Source: Macrostomum lignano
Taxonomy: Eukaryota
Assembly (NCBI GenBank): GCA_002269645.1
Contig: NIVC01000591.1
Coordinates: 186,001-250,000, forward strand
Direction of reading: 5' to 3'
Length of the DNA: 64,000 bases
The notes below the pieces were generated by a model. The model did not search any database and was not told the DNA's origin. It saw nothing but the letters and a program-made list of their open reading frames with translations. Positions 56,601 to 64,000 of the stretch are shown in pieces (within the stretch, counting starts at the first letter, position 1; every line of letters begins with the position of its first letter). The position numbers and the translations under genes are program-made.

Positions 56601-59600
56601 CCATTCGAACTTTTATTTAGCTTATTAGAAATTGATCGGCCGTTGACAGCTATGAATCTGGTCGAGTTATTGTGCGGCAGAATGACCCGGCTCACGCGTT
56701 CTACTTCATCACCTATGGTGTTGGTGAGTAAACTTTCTATGCAGATTGTAAAGAGATATTTTGTAAAAACGTTGGAGGGTCCAATTGGTGAGTTGCTTTT
56801 GTCCTGCGGAAGCGATATTTTGAGTGTTATTAGTATCACGGAAACTTTACTAGCAAGAATTTACACTACTTGACTTTTCTACACTGTACTAAAGCCTCTA
56901 CGGGCAACATTTTAGGTAGAAATTTAATTACCTTGCTCGTGGTCATTGTTGCTTGCAGTTGTTCATAGTTTGTTGGTTAGTACTCTAGGGGGCTGTAGCC
57001 TAGTAGTTAGAGCGTCGGACACACGACTTGAAGGTCGTGGGTTCGATTCCCCATTACACAGGAACAATTTGTGTCCTTGAGCAAGACACTTAACTCTGCA
57101 TTGCTTCAGTTCAACCAGCTGTAAAATGGGTGCCAGCATTAGCTGGGATAACTGAGGGTGTGTGTGGCGACCCCCCAGTCCTTGGACTGAACAGCCGTAC
57201 GCAGCCTTCAGATGCGCCGCGCAATAGCTGCGGCTGATCTGTCGGTTGCACATCTGCCCATCAGGGCAGGTATAATCAATTAGCGGAACAGCCGGAGGGA
57301 GAGAGCAAAGGCAACAATTGGAGAGCACGAGCAAAACATCTTACCGCCTTCTACAATAACATATAACATCTTACAATCCTGCAGTTCTGGTGTGCGTTCT
57401 GGACCAGTCAGCTGACACTGCTCACACCGTGGTTGAGTTGAACAAAGGCGACAGCTTCGGCGAGTTGGCGATTGTCAATCGGAGTCAGCGACAGAGCACG
57501 GTTGTCTGCAAGACCGACTGCGACTTTCTTGCCATCGATATTCCGGTAAGAGTTTAGTTTAGTCACACAGGGACAGATTGAAAATGCAAGCGGGATGAGT
57601 TTGTGCCGAAACACTCAGTATTTCATGTACAGAGTTATAAGCTGAGAAACATAATTATAGCCTAATTAAGTAACAACGAAAGAGACTAAAATCAGACCTA
57701 ATTCCCTATGCACTTGTTAAATAATTTCAAGTCATCAGTCCGGGGTAGCAGAAGTGAGTGTTGTGGTTAGTTCCATAGTCGTTTGGGTTCCGCTGCAGAA
57801 AAGCCGTGTTGAACACTGCTTATTTTAAATAAACAAGGCGATAGAAGCCCTTAATTTCAGGGTTTACAGCGGCTCTGAATTTCTAATCTTCAAGCATGTA
57901 CACTCTCTGTTCCTTTGGGGTTGGCCCTCATGGGTGTAAATTTTGTGCAAGACGACTCCCGACGAATTTTTCAGGCTTACGAAGCAATTTTTATGCAAGG
58001 AGGGCAAAAAACCGTTACAGACCCGGATCACGAAGAATTTGTCAGGTAACGCTTTTGGAGACTTGATCTCTGCAGTGACTCTGGGGAAGCATTGAAGCAT
58101 TGGAGTTAAAGTTTTATTATTGACTTTGCAGGAGTCTGGATTTCCTACGCGGCTGGCCGATTCAGCATCTGCAGAAGCAGCATGCCAAGTTCATGTTCTG
58201 CTACTTTAAGTAGGGCGTCGCAGTTTCTTTTTTAAGTTTGAGCCGTTTTCAGACAGGCTAGTCATCTTTAATCAACACAATCTGTTGCAGAAGATCCGTT
58301 GTAATGGTAAAGAACAGCCGTGCATCCCGATGGATCTACATTGTCAAGTCTGTGAGTGCATTGTGCTCTTTGCAACATTTACATATTACTGTGGTTTTCC
58401 GGGTTTTCGTTTTGAAAAAGAAAGAATAATAAAAATAATAGATGTGACAATTTGGCTTAGAAACAGAAATGTTGCTCACATTTATCTGGAAATAATATGT
58501 ATGTTTATCTCGGGCAGTAAAATTTATATTTAAACGATGTTTTTTACGATTGTTTATTCTACCGTTTATCGGCTGTTTATCGACTGTCAATCAACACGGG
58601 ATGAGCCTTCAGATGCCTTCAGATGCGCCGCGCAATAGCTGCGGCTGAGCTGTCGGTTGCACAGCTGCCCATTAGAGCAGGCTGCGTTTATAGCTGGTTT
58701 TAATGCACCTTATTACGTTACTGAATCATCTAATTATTAACAGAATTTTGCCTTTTTTTCGCCGATATCAAGGGCAGCGCTCAAGTACTGTTTGCTCTAC
58801 AAAAGACGCAACCGCTAGTGGCCAACGCATCCGGTGAGCTGCTGCAAACCAGCCACCAGCGGCGCCTCATTGAAGAAGCCGCGCCATATTTGTGGCAGTT
58901 CTACGACAGCACTGGGATGTTCCGACTGGCCAGGTCGGCACTGCCGGCCGGCGCTGAGAGCAGACAGCTACAGTTGGTTGACCGTCCAGACAGACCGCTG
59001 ACGGTAGCTGCCGCGACTTTGACTTCGCAAAATGCTGCGAGTATCAGAGGCGCGAGAGCTCGCGGCTCTGCGGCTAAATCCGCCGGTAGAGTCAGGCTGA
59101 AGCAGCAGCGACCGTTGAGCGTTGAGACTAAGAGTCAAGCAATGGTGGGCGCTTGAACATTTGTGACTTAATCGAATTTGTTTTAGAAGAGTTTACACAC
59201 AGATCAAATATTTAATAAACTATCTCATTTAAACACTTTCAGGCCAACTTTTTCTCCAAGGAGGAGTCTGGTGAGTGAGCTGGACGTTCATTTTCAAACT
59301 AACTGCGACTGACAGGTTTGAAGCAAGCTCGCGGTACATGGGTCCAACACCAACTCCAACGTTTTGCGACCTGCGATTTACATCGAAGAGGGCTTGATTT
59401 AACTTAATTTTAGCCATGATCCACAGAGAGTGTACATTATCTTCACTCTCTTACATGCCTTCCATGCTACATGTAAACTCGCCTGACAAAAATGTGTCTA
59501 CCTTCATAACAGCGTTCATTATCATCGATACACTTTACTCTGATGCGTTTCCAGTTCAAGGCCAAGACGGTTCAACAACCGTTCGAATGGGACGAAAGAC

Positions 59601-60907
59601 GTTCTATGACGAATTGGACGACGGAGTGCTGGTGAGTGACGTCATCTAACCAACTCAGTGATTGTACTAAGAGAATCGGATAAATTCAATTATTTTGGCT
59701 TTGATTTGAGAAACTTAACTTCCTGTGTCTGATTCATCTTGCATGACCACAATCATGTTTTCTGAGAACTCTTGAACCATTGAGCTCCTTAATTCAAAAG
59801 GGGATGCCTGCGTCGTGGATAAACAAGACAGCAATCTAGGTTAGAGAAGAATGAAACAATTATAGCATTTTTTAGGATTAAAAGTCAAATAGTTATAACA
59901 AATTAATTGAAGACACCATTTTCACACAAAAAGTTAAAAAATATAGTTCGGCTTCAATTGTAGCACTTTCTAAGTTTTCTAGGAAAACGATGCAATTTTA
60001 ATTAAATAAAACACTTCAATTGTAGCACTTTCTAAGTTTTCTAGGAAAACGATGCAATTTTAATTAAATAAAACACTTCAATTGTAGCACTTTCTAAGTT
60101 TTCTAGGAAAACGATGCAATTTTAATTAAATAAAACACTTCAATTGTAGCACTTTCTAAGTTTTCTAGGAAAACGATGCAATTTTAATTAAATAAAACAC
60201 TTCAATTGTAGCACTTTCTAAGTTTTCTAGGAAAACGATGCAATTTTAATTAAATAAAACACTTCAATTGTAGCACTTTCTAAGTTTTCTAGGAAAACGA
60301 TGCAATTTTAATTAAATAAAACACTTCAATTGTAGCACTTTCTAAGTTTTCTAGGAAAACGATGCAATTTTAATTAAATAAAACACTTCAATTGTAGCAC
60401 TTTCTAAGTTTTCTAGGAAAACGATGCAATTTTAATTAAATAAAACACTTCAATTGTAGAAAGCTGCGTACATACTCTTTCAGCAGCAGAAACCCGTGTT
60501 TACTAAGCCATTAACCATAAAAAGATACTTCCTCGCAGGAACTGCCGGCATCGGGTAGTCCTGAGTTCGTTCGCCTGTGCACCCTGACCCGTGGTGGCGT
60601 CTTCGGTCTTCAGCACCTGTTCCAGCAGCCGACGGGCTCGTCGCAGCGCAACCAACAGCCGAGCCTGTGCGTGGTTAGCAACGGGGCGGAATGCCTACTG
60701 CTCGACCGGCAATTCTTCATCGAGCAGGCGCCCAGAAAGCTGCTGGACAGGCTGCGCAACCAGATCGATCAGTTTCCGAGTCGCGAGGAGCTGCAGCGCC
60801 GGCTGCAGTCAGCCATGGATTGGGAGGCCTACAAGCGGATGCTGGTCGAGGCGTTGATGGAGGAGAAGAAGCTCACTCGTCCGCTGACAGGCGTTGATAG
60901 AAAGTGA
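53697..60907 (+). CDS. CNBD2: CNBD2-like cyclic nucleotide-binding domain protein, paralog B
   Basis: Exons 53697-53773, 53859-54318, 54640-54722, 55125-55326, 56490-56578, 56650-56723, 57385-57545, 57975-58045, 58132-58209, 58291-58351, 58773-59144, 59243-59270, 59555-59631, 60539-60907. Motifs FKANRQMRLS, ALRGI..LADYP.RMQ, YESGRVIVRQ, KGDSFGELA..RQSTV, WIYIVKSGS, GGVFGL, VVSNGAECL, FPS.EELQ..LQ..DWEAYK. The symbol denotes family likeness, not proven orthology. Confidence 0.85.
55445..56160. repeat. ~28-29-bp minisatellite AATTGCTGAGATGTCAAGGCTTGCTGGGGG, intronic
   Basis: About 25 units inside intron 55327-56489. Confidence 0.95.
56988..57282 (+). mobile_element. Full-length tRNA-derived SINE (V-/Meta-SINE-like central domain)
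   Basis: A box TAGCCTAGTAGTTAG and B box GGTTCGATTCC (57040-57050), then GTGTCCTTGAGCAAGACACTT..CAGCTGTAAAATGGGT and an AT-rich tail. Lies in an intron of paralog B. Confidence 0.85.
58605..58683 (+). mobile_element. 3' fragment of the same SINE
   Basis: GCCTTCAGATGCGCCGCGCAATAGCTGCGGCTGAGCTGTCGGTTGCAC matches 57205-57260. Confidence 0.8.
59952..60460. repeat. 61-bp essentially perfect tandem repeat, intronic
   Basis: About 8.3 copies of CTTCAATTGTAGCACTTTCTAAGTTTTCTAGGAAAACGATGCAATTTTAATTAAATAAAACA; no spacers. Confidence 0.97.
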
Positions 60908-61089
60908 TTTTTAAAATCGGTTCTGGGCTGAACAAATTTTTCATACAGGAAGATTATGACTCAATTTGTTTACTTTGGATTTGAGTGGGTATTAATTTCA
61001 GTTCCTGATTAATGGAAATAAAATAAATCTAAAGTGTTCTGTCTGCTTAGTTATAAAATACAAGCGAAGCTTAATGATCCATTACAACA

Positions 61090-61750
61090 CTGTGCTCTGA
61101 GACACTGAGACACTGAGACACTGAGACACTGAGACACTGAGATACTGAGACACTGAGACACTGAGACACTGAGACACTGTGACACTGAGACACTGAGATA
61201 CTGAGACACTGAGACACTGAGACACTGAGACACTGTGACACTGAGACACTGAGATACTGAGACACTGAGACACTGAGACACTGAGACACTGAGACACTGA
61301 GACAATGAGACACTGAGACACTGAGACACTGAGACACTGAGACACTGAGACACTGAGACACTGAGACATTGAGATACTGAGACACTGAGACACTGAGACA
61401 CTGAGACACTGAGACAATGAGACACTGAGACACTGAGATACTGAGACACTGAGACACTGAGACAATGAGACACTGAGATACTGAGACACTGCGACATTGA
61501 GACACTGAGACACTGAGACACTGAGACACTGAGACACTGAGACACTGAGACACTGAGACACTGAGACACTGAGATACTGAGACACTGAGACACTGAGACA
61601 CTGAGACACTGAGACACTGAGATACTGAGACACTGAGATACTGAGATACTGAGGCACTGAGTTACTGAGATACTGAGACATTGAGACACTGAGACACTGA
61701 GACACTGAGACACTGAGACACTGAGACACTGAGACTCTAAAACACTGAGA
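61090..61750. repeat. (GAGACACT)n 8-bp microsatellite
   Basis: About 80 units; source of the SQCLSVSV ORFs. Confidence 0.97.
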
Positions 61751-62237
61751 CGCAAGTCTTTAACGTTTTTGGCTCCCAGACTCTCTCGAATGACGATAAA
61801 ATGTTTCACGCTTTTGCCTGTGAGAGATTCCGTTTAAAGGGCACTTCAAACTGCCAATTTTTTGGAAATGAGAAACTCTATGAGTATCTAAAATGTTTCT
61901 GTCAATTATTTTATGTCATTAGGTATCAGTCATTGTGTTTGTGTCTCCCATGTTGGCGCAACCGTAACCTCTTCTGAAATATCCAAAATATTGGAGATTT
62001 TGTTTTTGGTCATTCATCTATTTCGAAGTCTAGCAGATCCATTTTTCATGATAGTCAGAGTGGTTTCCGAACTGCCTTATAAAATTGCTTGATGGATTTT
62101 TTTCATTTTATGGAGCATTTTCAAGCACTCGTGGATTAGATAAATACGATAACCTATAACGAGCAGATAGGACACCTAAAAGCTTTACAATTCGTCCCAC
62201 TAAAAATCGTCAAAACCTTTAGCCGAGTGACTGGAAA

Positions 62238-62696
62238 ATGCGTTTGCTTTCAATGAATATTTGGTTTGCAAATTTCCTGCCACTGGCATTCGGTAATTTG
62301 TGCCCCCAGCCTTACAGCCTCCGGGCTGGCAAGTGCGTCCATATTAATGAGTTAAACAGTCACACGTGGTGCAAAGCGAACGCTGAGTGCATCTCAATCG
62401 GAGGGGAGCTCATCAGCAACTACGGCACCCTGATCCTGCTTGGCAGCATGTCAATTTCGGTTCCCAATCATCTTTGGCTTGGAGTCACCGACTTGCCTGA
62501 CGAGAGAGACAGGAGCAGGTCTGGCTGGCATTTGATCAACAACAAAGGAGTTCTGCCGCTTAATGATACATTGTGGGGGACCGAGGAACCTAATAATATT
62601 GACAAAAACCAGGACTGTTTAATCATGCAGCAAAATGCTCCGGGCAAGTTGGCTGATCTCCCCTGCTCGAACCTGCGCGGCTTCATGTGTGAATAA
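62238..62696 (+). CDS. Secreted C-type lectin (EPN motif)
   Basis: Signal peptide, CPQPY..KCVH, WCKANAEC...GGEL, LWLGVTD, WGTEEPNN..QDC, DLPCS...FMCE*. Intronless. Confidence 0.85.
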   Translation: MRLLSMNIWFANFLPLAFGNLCPQPYSLRAGKCVHINELNSHTWCKANAECISIGGELISNYGTLILLGSMSISVPNHLWLGVTDLPDERDRSRSGWHLINNKGVLPLNDTLWGTEEPNNIDKNQDCLIMQQNAPGKLADLPCSNLRGFMCE

Positions 62697-62978
62697 GTCG
62701 CCGCGCTGCAGACTGCAAATTCGAGTCAAACCACTTGGAGACCAGCAGCTTTCAAGGCTCGGCACTTCAACCGCAACACTGAGTACTGCTATAGCGATCT
62801 GAAGAAGGTGAAAAATTCGGTCGCTTGCGTGGCCGCCTGCATGCGAGCGAGAACCTGCCGACATGCGCTGTACCACAGGAAGCTGCACGACTGCCGCCTG
62901 CTGCTGTTCACGGATGCCCAAGTGGAGGAGAGCATCGAGACGAACCCAGACTGGGTGAAGTACAGCCTGCAGAACTAA
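62697..62978 (+). other. In-frame PAN/apple domain continuing beyond the lectin TAA
   Basis: 93 stop-free codons: ...FKARHF...YCYSDLKKVKNSVACVAACMRARTCRHALYHRKLHDCRLLLF...WVKYSLQN*; the C-x3-C-x5-C...C pattern is intact. Confidence 0.75.
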
Positions 62979-63721
62979 TGTTGAACAACATTGACAACTC
63001 AAATGTGAACTTTATTTATTAATTCACTAATCTTTCCAGCAATTTTTAAAATCAAAATTACCTGTTCATATTTGCGAACTTTTTAGACAGAAGTTAAACC
63101 TCAATAATAAATTATTCTATGTAAAAATAGCATATTTTGTTCATCTATCCGAAGTTTTCTTCTGAATTCTTTTTCAATATACTGTGGCGGACGAGTGCAA
63201 GCGCACCTGAGGACGGCCGTTTAGGTGCCCTCGCGCCCACCTCATCACGCCGCGTCTATGCTCCACCCACCCCGGAGATTAGGGGTGGGGGTTCGCCCAA
63301 CCAGCCTGAGCTACGTGGGGGTTGGGGTTGACTGACTAACTAGCACGTTGGCCTATTTAACCTGATTGTGCGCACATGCTTGTAAGAACTTTTTGCTCTC
63401 CGCAAATACAATTTCAAGTCTGCAAGCAGTAGCAACTGCCCGCTTCAATACGATATTACGAGACTGACAATCCAAGAGAACAAAAACAGCTAAAATTTCT
63501 TCAAATATTTACCTGCTTAGGTGAAAATTCTAAGGAAAACGGTTTAATAAAGTTTATGGATCAAGACGCACACATGGTTCAATATAAGTTTTGAAACTTG
63601 AAGTTTTCTAGTACGTCAAAGCATTAAGATGGTAGATTGTGTCTATGGTAAAACCATATGCATAAGCACATTTTCACATGTTTTAACGTGTATAAATAAT
63701 ATTAATATTAATAATAATTTC

Positions 63722-64000
63722 ATGATTACACCGGCCCTATTGGGCAGACGTGCAACCGACAGCTCAGCCGCAGCTATTGCGCGGCGCATCTGAAGGCTGC
63801 GTACGGCTGTTCAGTCCAAGGACTGGAGGGAGGGCCGCCACACGCTACCCCAATTAACCCAGCTAATGCTGGCACGGCAACCCATTTTACAGCTGGGTGA
63901 ACTGAAGCAATGTTTATTTAAGTGTCTTGCTCAAAGACACAAATTGTTCCGAATTGGGTCGAGAATCGAACCCCCGACCTTTTCATGAGTCCAACACTCT
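63722..64000 (-). mobile_element. tRNA-derived SINE copy, running off the window end
   Basis: Reverse-complement match to 56988-57282. Confidence 0.85.

Noticed and set aside
56990-57055. tRNA gene
   Set aside because: A and B boxes are present but there is no full cloverleaf or acceptor stem; it continues into a SINE body found in four copies.
59952-60460. CRISPR-like array (also considered for the 28-, 30- and 23-bp arrays)
   Set aside because: No unique spacers, no cas genes, and a eukaryotic intronic context.
61051-61809. SQCLSVSV-repeat proteins
   Set aside because: 8-bp microsatellite translation.
62694-62696. Alternative genetic code (TAA = Tyr or Gln)
   Set aside because: TAA terminates GCHFR, RFT1 and the PAN frame normally in this window; flatworm TAA reassignment is reported only for mitochondria.

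Overview
Eukaryotic (invertebrate metazoan) genomic DNA with GC-rich exons, GT-AG introns and many different minisatellites. The style suggests a Macrostomum-like flatworm, but that is inference only. Genes assembled by hand from splice signals: two paralogous CNBD2-like cyclic-nucleotide-binding genes (9272-18524 + and 53697-60907 +); a tight minus-strand trio MPST -> GCHFR -> RFT1 (32157-20167) that looks like a trans-spliced operon (GCHFR is absent from the ORF track); an intronless nodulin-like MFS transporter; two tandem intronless GT32 (DxD) glycosyltransferases, the second frameshifted; a C-type lectin followed, after a single in-frame TAA, by an intact PAN/apple domain; and a frameshifted PAN + C-type lectin pseudogene. 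Mobile DNA: a Transib/RAG-like transposase remnant, a 5'-truncated RNase H-bearing LINE, an RTE 3' end, four copies of a tRNA-derived SINE, several MITEs (8-, ~9-, 6- and 2-bp TSDs) and a Gypsy integrase fragment inside a tandem array. Most long ORFs in the track are translations of tandem repeats. No CRISPR array, rRNA or true tRNA gene was found. All coordinates were read by eye and may be off by a few bases.
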